IMG/VR virus record: IMGVR_UViG_3300005512_000167
Location: 1 to 33,769 of that record
Length of the DNA stretch: 33,769 nucleotides
Direction: 5' to 3' (one strand)
Origin: a virus
Taxonomy: Duplodnaviria; Caudoviricetes
Position 1 is the stretch's first letter. Each line of letters begins with the position of its first letter. Positions 24,763 to 33,769 of the stretch are shown here, in pieces. Both the position numbers and the translations under genes were made by a program. The notes beneath the pieces were generated by a model. That model was not told where the DNA came from, ran no database searches, and worked only from the letters and a program-made list of their open reading frames with translations.

Positions 24763-24772
24763 CAACGCACAA
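24763..24772 (-). promoter_or_regulatory. TTGTGCGTTG motif upstream of tail fibre operon
   Basis: Intergenic, immediately after the 1070-aa gene stop. Confidence 0.65.
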
Positions 24773-27700
24773 TCAATTACGTCCAACACTGCCAATTAAC
24801 TCACGCATATCATCGCGCAATGGATACAAACCAATAAACGGCAGTGTGTACTTCAAACGCTCTGCACCATCAGATACATCGCCATTCATAAAATCACGCA
24901 ATGCTCTGCCATACTCCAAACCAAGCCCAGCTGGTGCGCCAAATGGCTCAATAAATGCATCCATCAAACGCTCATCTTTGTTAAGGCTAACATATTTTGG
25001 AGGTATTGGAGTATCTAGGCCAAGGTTTCCGGCAATGTTTAAACCTGTATATGCAAGATCAGAGTAGATACCAAGCACACCAGAATGATCAATAATCCGA
25101 GCAAGTATCTCAGGTGATTCACGCTTTTCAAACCAGTAATCAGGCTTCTTAATTGCCAATGACATATAAGAAAGTCCGATCAAGGCAGCTACACCTTGCA
25201 ATCTATAACGCCTATTAGGATCGCGCACAGCACCAAGTATCTTATTGTTGGCACCAAAAGCAAAGTTCATAAAGGTAAATGGCAATGTCATTAATCCGCT
25301 TTCAATACGCACCATGTTTTCATTACCAGTGCGCAGCCGTTTCTCAATAGGAAACTGTGACGGAAACTTTTTTCGTACAGCTTGGAAGAATGGATTGTCG
25401 CGGATATACGCAACGCCATCAACAATTATAGGCTTGTCAAATGTTTGCCCCATAACGATTGTATTATTTGCATGTGAGTTAAGGGCAGCTCTGTATCTTC
25501 TTAATATCTCACGTTCAGCACCAGTTGATTGAGGCCATGCATCAGTATTGGCAAACTCAAAGTCAAACCTGTCATGCTTTTCAGTAGGAGCCTTGGCTAT
25601 AAACTTAGCCATATCTTCATCAATGCCATACCGTGCAAGATACTCACGATCAAACAAAGATATTTTGCCTTCAGCCCATTTGCGTGACAATTTGATAAAC
25701 TTATTGTTAGTAATAATCTGATCTAATGTTTTGCCAGCAAACGTAATTGGAGCAAGACCATTAGCTGTATACATAATTTGGTTGCCGCGCTGAATAACAC
25801 GCTCATTAAGGTTAGGCTTAACCCTTCTTACAGTGTCGCTAAGAAGTTCTCTTGCATGGACATTCTTAGTCATCTCCAATAATTCACCAGCAAGCTGTGC
25901 TTCACGGATAACCTTGCCGGTAAACGCTGTATCAGTAGCAGCAGCGGCTGCACGAAACACTTCGCGCATGCCATGCGCCATAACAATAGAGCCGGGATCA
26001 GTCAAAGCAGACACACCAGCAAATGGAAGAAACGCCCAGCCAGCCCAAGCCTTTGCAGCCTTGGCAGCTTGCCAATCCCAACGATCAGCACTGCGCTGCA
26101 ATGTACCCATTACACGCTCGTAATCAGCATACAAGTCTGCCTTTGCTCTAATTATTTCTTTATTAGACTTACCAGCGTTTCTTAATACATCTTCATAATC
26201 AGAAAGAACTTCATCAATGTTTCTCCCACCAAACTTATTGGCAAAGGAAATCTGGCGACCCATACGATCTATGTATGTGTAAAGACTATCCATGGTTGGA
26301 ATAATGTAATCAACAACCTTGGCAACATCGATGTTAGTCTTGCGTTGTCTTAAATGCTTTGCTCTTCCGGGAACATCAGCACTACGCAAAATGCTTTCCA
26401 TATCTTCAGCATCTTCTTGCATGATGCGAGATAGGGTGCGTTCAGCATCGGCAAATGCACCAGCTGGGTCTTCCCCATTTGCAAGGCGTTGCATCTTATA
26501 GTCTTCAGCAAATATTTCGGTAAGTGCAGCTCTAGCTTCGGGCTGCATCAACTTATCTTTGTCATAGAATATTGGAAATACAAAGTTAGACCGTAAAGGT
26601 GAATCTATCTGCCCCTCATACATCTCAATAGCAGCACGAAGTTCAGCCTGTCTGCCATCTAAGTAGTCACGAAACTCTGCTTGTTTCTTCGTTGCGCCAC
26701 CACCACGTTTGATGCTGTCTTCTAAATCTGCAAGTTTCTTGGTTGTCTCATCTAACTTGTCTTGATTTAACTTTATAGTTTTTCTTAGCTTGTCGTTATT
26801 CTTTGACAAACCAGAAAAATTAATCTCATCAGAAAAACCTTTAAACAAGTCAGCAAGTATAACACCAGCTTCTTTTTGCTGATCTGTTATACCTTCCTTA
26901 CCTAAACGCTGAAGTCGTGGATCATTTGAATTAGATAAAATATATCTACGCAAAGTATCATTAGCCCAATCATTAAAGCCACTTGTTGGATCATATATAC
27001 CACCAACGCGAGCAGCCTTTGCAATCCCTCGAACCTGCTGCGAATGTAAATTTCTTAATGATTCATCAACGCCATGAAACATGCCAATGTATGTAGCTGC
27101 ATCTTGTGCAACAGACTGACGACCCAAACCCTTTTTAGCACCACTCAATGGTAAAGATGCATTATATGCAAGATCGACAATGTAAGACTTTGCCTCATCT
27201 GGAAACTCTTTATCGCCAAGTCTTTTGTGGTTAGGGTTATTAATCCAACTCATTTGATCAATGTCAAAATCGCCAACACCTTCTGGCGCAGCTTTATATC
27301 CATCATCAAGATTTACAACATCATCACCATAAATATGCCTAATCTTTTCGCCACGGTAAATTCTACCTAGCTTTGAAGCACCGCTTTGAAAGAATGGCTT
27401 GACATAAGGTGCTGCTCTCATCAAGCCACCAAAGCCAGCTGACAATGCTGTTGACATAACGATATTGCTAGCTGCCTCATATGGCTCGTCTGCTACAGCA
27501 AAAGGTGCGCGTCTAGCTTCAGACGCTAGACCAAAGGTCAGACCCGCGCCAGCACCCCTTATCACCGCCTGACCGAAGGTCTGACCAGCTTTAATAAACT
27601 GCAATCCGGGTATCAACGAGAAAAGAGCAAGTGGATCAGTGATGCCACCAGCCAGCTGCGCTGTGATACCAGCCTCGGCTGCTTTACGTCTACGCTCTAT

Positions 27701-27985
27701 TGCAGTTAATGCACGTTGTTCAAGGTAAGCAAGATGCTCTGGGTTCTTTGCACGAACCAGATCATTATAATATGGGAGAAGTTCTTCAGATATGTTGGAC
27801 GCAACATCAAACTCTGGATCAGCATACGCATCACCAAATAGCTTTGCCTCTTCAACGCTTTCAATAAGTGGCATGTTATTATATGCCACGTTAGCTTTAT
27901 ACCCCTCCCACCAGCTGACAGGAGTTTCTTCACTGATAGCTGCTGGGATTGGTATGAAAAAGTCTCTGCGTCCAATGTCCATCAT
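24773..27985 (-). CDS. Large internal virion (ejection) protein, gp16-like position
   Basis: 1070-aa helical protein, third gene after tail tube B. Confidence 0.7.
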   Translation of the reverse strand: MMDIGRRDFFIPIPAAISEETPVSWWEGYKANVAYNNMPLIESVEEAKLFGDAYADPEFDVASNISEELLPYYNDLVRAKNPEHLAYLEQRALTAIERRRKAAEAGITAQLAGGITDPLALFSLIPGLQFIKAGQTFGQAVIRGAGAGLTFGLASEARRAPFAVADEPYEAASNIVMSTALSAGFGGLMRAAPYVKPFFQSGASKLGRIYRGEKIRHIYGDDVVNLDDGYKAAPEGVGDFDIDQMSWINNPNHKRLGDKEFPDEAKSYIVDLAYNASLPLSGAKKGLGRQSVAQDAATYIGMFHGVDESLRNLHSQQVRGIAKAARVGGIYDPTSGFNDWANDTLRRYILSNSNDPRLQRLGKEGITDQQKEAGVILADLFKGFSDEINFSGLSKNNDKLRKTIKLNQDKLDETTKKLADLEDSIKRGGGATKKQAEFRDYLDGRQAELRAAIEMYEGQIDSPLRSNFVFPIFYDKDKLMQPEARAALTEIFAEDYKMQRLANGEDPAGAFADAERTLSRIMQEDAEDMESILRSADVPGRAKHLRQRKTNIDVAKVVDYIIPTMDSLYTYIDRMGRQISFANKFGGRNIDEVLSDYEDVLRNAGKSNKEIIRAKADLYADYERVMGTLQRSADRWDWQAAKAAKAWAGWAFLPFAGVSALTDPGSIVMAHGMREVFRAAAAATDTAFTGKVIREAQLAGELLEMTKNVHARELLSDTVRRVKPNLNERVIQRGNQIMYTANGLAPITFAGKTLDQIITNNKFIKLSRKWAEGKISLFDREYLARYGIDEDMAKFIAKAPTEKHDRFDFEFANTDAWPQSTGAEREILRRYRAALNSHANNTIVMGQTFDKPIIVDGVAYIRDNPFFQAVRKKFPSQFPIEKRLRTGNENMVRIESGLMTLPFTFMNFAFGANNKILGAVRDPNRRYRLQGVAALIGLSYMSLAIKKPDYWFEKRESPEILARIIDHSGVLGIYSDLAYTGLNIAGNLGLDTPIPPKYVSLNKDERLMDAFIEPFGAPAGLGLEYGRALRDFMNGDVSDGAERLKYTLPFIGLYPLRDDMRELIGSVGRN

Positions 27986-30063
27986 GATGCATAAGCCGGA
28001 TCAAATATGTCTTGATTTTTAAGGAATAGCTCTCTTGCAGATGCCGCATCCCTCCGCAGCTGCTGAATTGAAATGTTTCTGCGTTCAGCCATCTTGCTAA
28101 CAACGTACTGATTACCAACCTGCAACGGTTTGCCATTATGAGTGATGATGTTTTTATCGGCATCAACAAACGTATATACAGGTAAAGCCGTACCCTCTCT
28201 TGGATCAGGAACAAGAAATGCATTGACACCAATCTTTAAATTGGAATCAACCAATGCCAACTTCATGTCAATCGCATCATTAAAGTCACCCATAGATATA
28301 TCATCTGTATATGCACGTTCCGGCGTATAACGTGAGCGACCAATGCTTGGATGAAGCATATTACTTGTCTTGAAAACAGTGTCACCAGCAGACTTTAAGA
28401 TACGCTTAACTCTTTCTTCATCCATCGCAAACAAGAGATCATCAGCAAAACGTGTATAGAAGGTAATTTCATCTGGGCTAGCATCATCAGAAATGTTATC
28501 AGTTACAAACTTTCTAACAGCGGTAGCAACGCTACCTTCTTTAACGCCCAGCTTGCTAAATATGTTTGCCTTAACTTCATCAGCCGTGGCTTTGTCTTTA
28601 AGTCTAAAGCTATTCATAAACTCAGGTAATGCTTGACTGCCAAGAACATCCTGTACGTTTATCAATGTCTCATACATCAATATAGCTTTGTCACTAAGAC
28701 CTCTGGTCAACTGCTCTGTATATGTGCCGCGATTAAAACGTGTTGCTTGTTGATACATAGCAATGGCAACAGGCAGCTGGTCTGCTGTCATAGTGCTAAC
28801 ATTCTGCAAATAATCTTTGACAACAGTAGGTAGCTCACCAGTTGTGTTAAACAACAAGTGATGCACTGCACCATAGTTTGCTTCCCATGCTGATTTTTGT
28901 GCAGCGTTTTCTGGTGGTGTCATAATAGTCTGAAGATTGTTTTCAAGATCAACAGAAGATTTAATATTAATAGCTCCAAGCACTCTATCTGAATCGCCAA
29001 CAGTTAAGTTGTTACCATTAGCCATACTGTAGATAGCAGCACCAACACGCCTATTTTCATTTTCAGCATTCCATTGTTCTTGAACTGTGCCTTGACGAGT
29101 TCTAACATCACGCGCCATTTGAGCATGAAGTCCAGCAAACACATCATCATCAAGATACTTTTGGCTTAATCCAGCTTTCTCAAGAGCATCTCTAAACTGT
29201 TTTGGAATGCCATCAAGACTTCTATTCTCAATGGCTATAGCCATGTAATTTAAATGAGCAGAAAGATTTGGCTGCTTCTGATCAATATCATCAGATGGAA
29301 GCATCTGCTCCAATTTATTAGATATGTTAATGATGTCGCCAGTAACAAAAGCAGCACGTAATTTTTTAGACATCTCTGGCAAAAATGCCATACCAAGTCT
29401 GTCGCCATGTTCTGCTACAACACCATTCAACTCTTCAAGTTTGTTTCCCAACAAAAGTCTTGAGGAACCAGTCGCACCAGCCCTAGCACTTTGCTCAATA
29501 TCGGATACAGCATTATGTAAAATATTAACGGCATTTTGGGCAGCATTCTTATCTTCAAGCTCAACCTTGTCCATAAACAACTTGGTTTGATATTGCTTAG
29601 AAGTAATCGCGCCAGTTGATTCAACAAAGCCAGCAAACTTGCCAGCTTGCGCTTGTGTTGAGGTTATATAATTATTAAATGCTTCAGCAAAGCCATCGGG
29701 ATCACGTTCATGAACTTTGGCTAAACGCTTTGCCTGATCATCAAGGTCAAGTACCAAAGCATCTTGATAACGCTTGTTAGCGATAGGCTCATAAAACTGT
29801 TGGGCGACAGGAGAAAGAGACTTTGGAATCTCTGGGAATGTTAGGTTTCCATTTGCATCTCTTGCGCTAATAGCAGCAAGACGAGCATCATCCTGTCCCT
29901 TTTGTTTTTCTTTGTTATAAGCATATTCAAATGCGGCATCAAATATACGCTTGCCAGCATTCTGCATAGCTTTGCCAGCCTCAACACCGCCCCTTCCCAT
30001 AGACACAATACCGATTGGGCCTATGGTGGTTTCAGTACCTTTTAATACTTCAATCTTAGCCAT
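27982..30063 (-). CDS. Internal virion protein, gp15-like position
   Basis: 693-aa helical protein; synteny. Confidence 0.65.
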   Translation of the reverse strand: MAKIEVLKGTETTIGPIGIVSMGRGGVEAGKAMQNAGKRIFDAAFEYAYNKEKQKGQDDARLAAISARDANGNLTFPEIPKSLSPVAQQFYEPIANKRYQDALVLDLDDQAKRLAKVHERDPDGFAEAFNNYITSTQAQAGKFAGFVESTGAITSKQYQTKLFMDKVELEDKNAAQNAVNILHNAVSDIEQSARAGATGSSRLLLGNKLEELNGVVAEHGDRLGMAFLPEMSKKLRAAFVTGDIINISNKLEQMLPSDDIDQKQPNLSAHLNYMAIAIENRSLDGIPKQFRDALEKAGLSQKYLDDDVFAGLHAQMARDVRTRQGTVQEQWNAENENRRVGAAIYSMANGNNLTVGDSDRVLGAINIKSSVDLENNLQTIMTPPENAAQKSAWEANYGAVHHLLFNTTGELPTVVKDYLQNVSTMTADQLPVAIAMYQQATRFNRGTYTEQLTRGLSDKAILMYETLINVQDVLGSQALPEFMNSFRLKDKATADEVKANIFSKLGVKEGSVATAVRKFVTDNISDDASPDEITFYTRFADDLLFAMDEERVKRILKSAGDTVFKTSNMLHPSIGRSRYTPERAYTDDISMGDFNDAIDMKLALVDSNLKIGVNAFLVPDPREGTALPVYTFVDADKNIITHNGKPLQVGNQYVVSKMAERRNISIQQLRRDAASARELFLKNQDIFDPAYAS

Positions 30064-30512
30064 TACGTTACCTGAGTTGCTTTATAACCATTGCCAGCAA
30101 CAGTTGAGATTTGAGACATCAAAGCCTGATCAGCCGCCCACTGCCCTTCAAGTTGCGCAAACCTTGCCTGAGATTCATACCTGCCTCTAACAAACAAACT
30201 TTGCAAACGGATTGCTGATAGTTCTGCTTCCGTCTTTTCTCTTCCAGCTTTTTGAATTGCTTTTAGTGAACGATCATCACCACGCCTGTTAAAGCCAGCA
30301 ATAGCAGATGAGTTTTTAAGAAATGATGTGTATGCTTTTGACCTAGCTGTAGACTGACGTTCAGCCTGTAGCTTAACCATTTCTTTGTTTTCTCTAGCCT
30401 GTCTAGCAATTTCTTCTTGCCGAACACGCTCTGCATCAGCTGCCTGTTGTGCGCCAGTTATATCCATTGCAGTGCCAACTGCTAAAGCTGCATATGCCCA
30501 AAAGCTGCTCAT
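30063..30512 (-). CDS. Internal virion protein, gp14-like
   Basis: Hydrophobic N-terminus, A/Q-rich, follows tube B. Confidence 0.65.
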   Translation of the reverse strand: MSSFWAYAALAVGTAMDITGAQQAADAERVRQEEIARQARENKEMVKLQAERQSTARSKAYTSFLKNSSAIAGFNRRGDDRSLKAIQKAGREKTEAELSAIRLQSLFVRGRYESQARFAQLEGQWAADQALMSQISTVAGNGYKATQVT

Positions 30513-32740
30513 TAGAATGCCACCTCTACCACCATGCCATTTAACTGCATATCAAGTGGTGCTATCTGTGAGATTGTAACAGTTGGGTCTTTGCTATAAC
30601 CCAACACCCTAAATTCTTTTTTACCTGTAAATGGAACCCTCGGCTGCGCAGGGTTAAAGTTAACATTACGAATGATCATGTTCGTACCATTAACAGATAT
30701 ACTCAAGGTATCTTTTATATCCAGAATAACATTAGTAATTTTACGAGGTCTGCCAGTCAAAGGCCCACCCGGAACCTGACCATCAATAGGCATCGTCTGT
30801 AATTCAGGTATAAACTTGTAACCAATCTCAGCAGAGGTTGATAGCTTAACAGCACTGACATCTACCTCACCACCAGCTACAGTAAACGTGCCAAGGTATT
30901 CTGTATCGTCAACAACGTCTACAACAGCACCGTCAGAAAAATGTGCAGACACATCGAAAACACCAGCAGTACCAGTAAAATCATTACTAAAGTCCATGTT
31001 CAAATCTTTATCAAGCTGTTCTAAGAATAGCTTATTTGTGCCTGATCCGTCATCCCTAACAGACACAGTAAACAGTTCTTCATCTACAGCGCATACAGAA
31101 TGGAACCTGCCCTCAGTTGTCCAACGCATCCATCCAGCACGTTTCTCAGCACGAATACTATAGAAGACAGCAACTTCACCATTGTCCATAAGGAAAAACG
31201 CATAAGCACCCGGACGATCAAGCGCACCCTTAACAGAGGTCAGTTGCAATGGATTTGATATAAGGTGTGATGAAAGTATCGATACCATGTTTGTGGTATA
31301 CGCACCTTCAGTATCATTAAAGATGTATTCTCTAACCGCGCTGCCAGTAGCTTGAACAAATAACGTACCACCATCTAATGACAATGGGCGTACATATCCA
31401 GTTCCAAATGGTGTCTGTTCAGATACCTTTGCAATAGATGCAGTGATTGGCTGATCTTGGAATGCTGGAAGATAAAACTCGCCTTGGTTACAAAACACTT
31501 GCAAGTCTCTATTAGATACAAGATGTCTAATAAAGTTAGTGACCCCTACAGATACCTCAAGGTCGATAGCATCAAAGTCCTCACCTTCTCCAACATCAAA
31601 GTTAAAGAAGTCACCAGATGCAGATGCCCAGATTCCACTAGGCTGCGAAGGTGTGCCACCAAACCATAGTCTGTTTTCATGAAATGTTATAGCAGCTGGA
31701 AATCCGCGATACGAACTATATGACTGCTCATACCATTCTGTTGTGCCAGCAGTGCTAGAAATAATAGGCGTACCGCCACCTGTTGCAGTAGATGAAGCAG
31801 AGCCACCAGCTGTGTATAAAAATGTGTTTGCATCAATAACGCTGTAAATAGTACGAGTACCATTTATGTTACCATTATTAATACCGCCCAAAGCACCAGC
31901 GTTGCTAATAATAATTGAATCACCAGTTGACAAACCATGATGCGGCATAATTACACGCACCTTGTCAGAGCCTTCAGTGGTGTTCAACGAATCAAAGTCC
32001 AGCTGCTGTTGTATTGTGCCTTGAATATCTACAGTAGCCGTAGTGCTATTTGTTACAGCTGTGATGTCAACTTGTGTCTCATGTATAAGAAGGCTTGAGC
32101 CAACCATGCCAGCATCAAAATAAGCAGAGCTTGTTGTAACAGTAACACCTGTTCCTGATGTAGCCGAAGGAGTTATGGTAACGCCAGTGCCTTGAAAATT
32201 GTAATAAGGCTGAAGAATACGATTACCATCAGCTGATGTATCAAACCCAAATATACGAACTTCAAACGAGGTAAGACCTGTTCTTACAAGTTCCAATGGC
32301 ATAAAGTCATTATGCGCAATGAACATAAAGTCACCCTGCTGCGCATATGTAAACTCAGTAAGATTTGTGTTGTCTATTGGCAAAGCATTGCTATCAACAT
32401 CCTGTGTTAAGGTAGCTACTTTGGAATTGTATGTGCCATCTGTATTGATGCGAAATATATCTATCTGCCCAGCACTAAATGCAACGACATACTTTTCATC
32501 GCTTGAGAATACAAACGGCTCAAGACGTATCTGCTGCTTCAGACTGTCATCATATGTATGGGTAAAGTTAAACAGCCGCTTGCTGCCGGAGCGGTTAATA
32601 ATACCACCCTCTGCTCTGATAAACACATTCTTAACAGATTGCCCAGCTTGATTATATACAGCTGAATCAATGCGGCTAGTTAGTGAAGGGTTGATTTCAC
32701 CAAAAACAAAGTTGTTTAGCGGTACTCTAATCCTCGCCAT
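30512..32740 (-). CDS. Tail tubular protein B (nozzle, T7 gp12-like)
   Basis: NNFVFGEINP, GFPAAITFHENRLWFGG, IWASASGDFFNF; 742 aa. Confidence 0.88.
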   Translation of the reverse strand: MARIRVPLNNFVFGEINPSLTSRIDSAVYNQAGQSVKNVFIRAEGGIINRSGSKRLFNFTHTYDDSLKQQIRLEPFVFSSDEKYVVAFSAGQIDIFRINTDGTYNSKVATLTQDVDSNALPIDNTNLTEFTYAQQGDFMFIAHNDFMPLELVRTGLTSFEVRIFGFDTSADGNRILQPYYNFQGTGVTITPSATSGTGVTVTTSSAYFDAGMVGSSLLIHETQVDITAVTNSTTATVDIQGTIQQQLDFDSLNTTEGSDKVRVIMPHHGLSTGDSIIISNAGALGGINNGNINGTRTIYSVIDANTFLYTAGGSASSTATGGGTPIISSTAGTTEWYEQSYSSYRGFPAAITFHENRLWFGGTPSQPSGIWASASGDFFNFDVGEGEDFDAIDLEVSVGVTNFIRHLVSNRDLQVFCNQGEFYLPAFQDQPITASIAKVSEQTPFGTGYVRPLSLDGGTLFVQATGSAVREYIFNDTEGAYTTNMVSILSSHLISNPLQLTSVKGALDRPGAYAFFLMDNGEVAVFYSIRAEKRAGWMRWTTEGRFHSVCAVDEELFTVSVRDDGSGTNKLFLEQLDKDLNMDFSNDFTGTAGVFDVSAHFSDGAVVDVVDDTEYLGTFTVAGGEVDVSAVKLSTSAEIGYKFIPELQTMPIDGQVPGGPLTGRPRKITNVILDIKDTLSISVNGTNMIIRNVNFNPAQPRVPFTGKKEFRVLGYSKDPTVTISQIAPLDMQLNGMVVEVAF

Positions 32741-33324
32741 TAACTTCGCCTTTCAGTAATAAACCTCGATGTAACAAGTTTGCGTGTTGTTTGTTGCTGG
32801 CTGTCTAGTGTCTTTGCTTGCTGAAGCAGTTCCGCACCCTTACGTTCAAGCAATGCTGATAGCTGCTCATCTCTTGCTATTGACAAAGCAAATGATGCGC
32901 CAAGTGCAAACTCAGCTGCAAGTGTAAAGTATGATGGAAAGTCAGTCTCCAAAGCTCTAAAAGTATAATCAGCAATCAAAGTGTCACTCTGTGACGAGTT
33001 GCTGAATACTTTATCAGCATAAATATTGTATTCAATAATTGCATCATTAACCGTTACGGCATGAAGCATAAGCAAATCTGATGGTAGCTGATGTGCAGTA
33101 TCATATCTACCAGTAGGTGGATTAGTAAGCAGGTTTAATTCTGCTTGCTTTGTGCAAAACCGCCAGCGGCTAGAACACATTATGGTACGAATTACATCTT
33201 CATATATTGCATTAGCGACAGTTGCTTCAGTGCTTGATGCTGTAAACGAAGTAATCGGCTCTGCCCCAATCAGGATCAGGCCGCGCGATGCAATATCAAT
33301 GTCAGAGTTAGCTACTGTTGGCAT
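32740..33324 (-). CDS. Tail tubular protein A (T7 gp11-like)
   Basis: IASRGLILIGAEPI...WRFC...QLPSDLL. Confidence 0.85.
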   Translation of the reverse strand: MPTVANSDIDIASRGLILIGAEPITSFTASSTEATVANAIYEDVIRTIMCSSRWRFCTKQAELNLLTNPPTGRYDTAHQLPSDLLMLHAVTVNDAIIEYNIYADKVFSNSSQSDTLIADYTFRALETDFPSYFTLAAEFALGASFALSIARDEQLSALLERKGAELLQQAKTLDSQQQTTRKLVTSRFITERRS

Positions 33325-33332
33325 CAGATAAT

Positions 33333-33350
33333 GGGGGGCCGAAGCCCCCC
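33333..33350 (-). terminator. Hairpin (likely leaky terminator) after capsid operon
   Basis: GGGGGGC-TTCG-GCCCCCC on the minus strand (UUCG loop), weak U tail; position analogous to T7 T-phi. Confidence 0.7.
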
Positions 33351-33357
33351 ACCCCTA

Positions 33358-33621
33358 TTAGTCTGTGTCTGTTTCTGCGATGGATGTTCCATCAGAAACG
33401 TCAACCACGCCGCTAGCATTCGAAAGAACATTAACAAAGCTGGTTGTCGGTGTTGCGGTATCTACAACAATAATAACATCACGAACCGCAAGCATGTTCG
33501 ATGCGTTATTAAAATAACCGGCAGTATTTACAGTAGCAATTGCATCTGCTGAAGTGTAAAACCACAAGTCGCCGTTAGAAGCACCACCAATGCGAGTAAG
33601 GTTTGCTGCATTATAAGCCAT
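33358..33621 (-). CDS. Small virion protein, possible capsid decoration
   Basis: 87 aa, GAGGAG RBS, between capsid and terminator. Confidence 0.65.
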   Translation of the reverse strand: MAYNAANLTRIGGASNGDLWFYTSADAIATVNTAGYFNNASNMLAVRDVIIVVDTATPTTSFVNVLSNASGVVDVSDGTSIAETDTD

Positions 33622-33636
33622 TATTTCTTACTCCTC

Positions 33637-33769
33637 TTAGTTGTTATCAAGGACTTCATAGACACCGTTGTCGTCAATAACAACAGCACCCATGGACATC
33701 ATTGAGGTTGCAAGGTGAGCAGCTTTCTCAGGCACATAGTTGATCTCTGTCTGAACATCAGAGTTGATG
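33637..33769 (-). CDS. Major capsid protein, C-terminal part (enters from window end)
   Basis: INSDVQTEINYVPEKAAHLATSMMSMGAVVIDDNGVYEVLDNN*, a capsid-like C-terminus. Followed by a small gene, a hairpin terminator and tail tube A, as in T7-like gene order. Confidence 0.85.
   Translation of the reverse strand, partial: INSDVQTEINYVPEKAAHLATSMMSMGAVVIDDNGVYEVLDNN

Overview
This is a near-complete (~33.8 kb) genome of a T7-like-head podovirus, opened inside the major capsid gene: the N-terminus is at 574->1 and the C-terminus at 33769->33637, with a short piece missing at the join. The layout resembles marine HTVC010P-like/uvMED phages of Alphaproteobacteria (inference). The minus strand carries packaging, head, tail, tail-fibre and lysis genes: terS, a cluster of small basic proteins, terL, portal, scaffold, capsid, tube A/B, internal virion proteins, fibres, holins, lysozyme and a metallophosphoesterase. 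A plus-strand arm (9125-16668) carries small early genes, HTH and DnaA-domain-IV regulators, an Hjc-like nuclease, a YqaJ exonuclease, ERF and an SSB-like protein. I recognise no DNA or RNA polymerase, primase/helicase, integrase, RT, tRNA or CRISPR. The standout feature is a ~570-nt apparently non-coding element (8531-9101) between the two divergent arms. It is densely self-complementary, with three domains, twin symmetric 6x6 internal loops, possible pseudoknots and inter-domain complementarity, and is a candidate large structured ncRNA or ssDNA element. Two recurring regulatory motifs were also found: TTGTGCGTTG upstream of late genes and TGCA-N4-TGCA operator-like sites. All pairings were read by eye, and no folding or database search was run.
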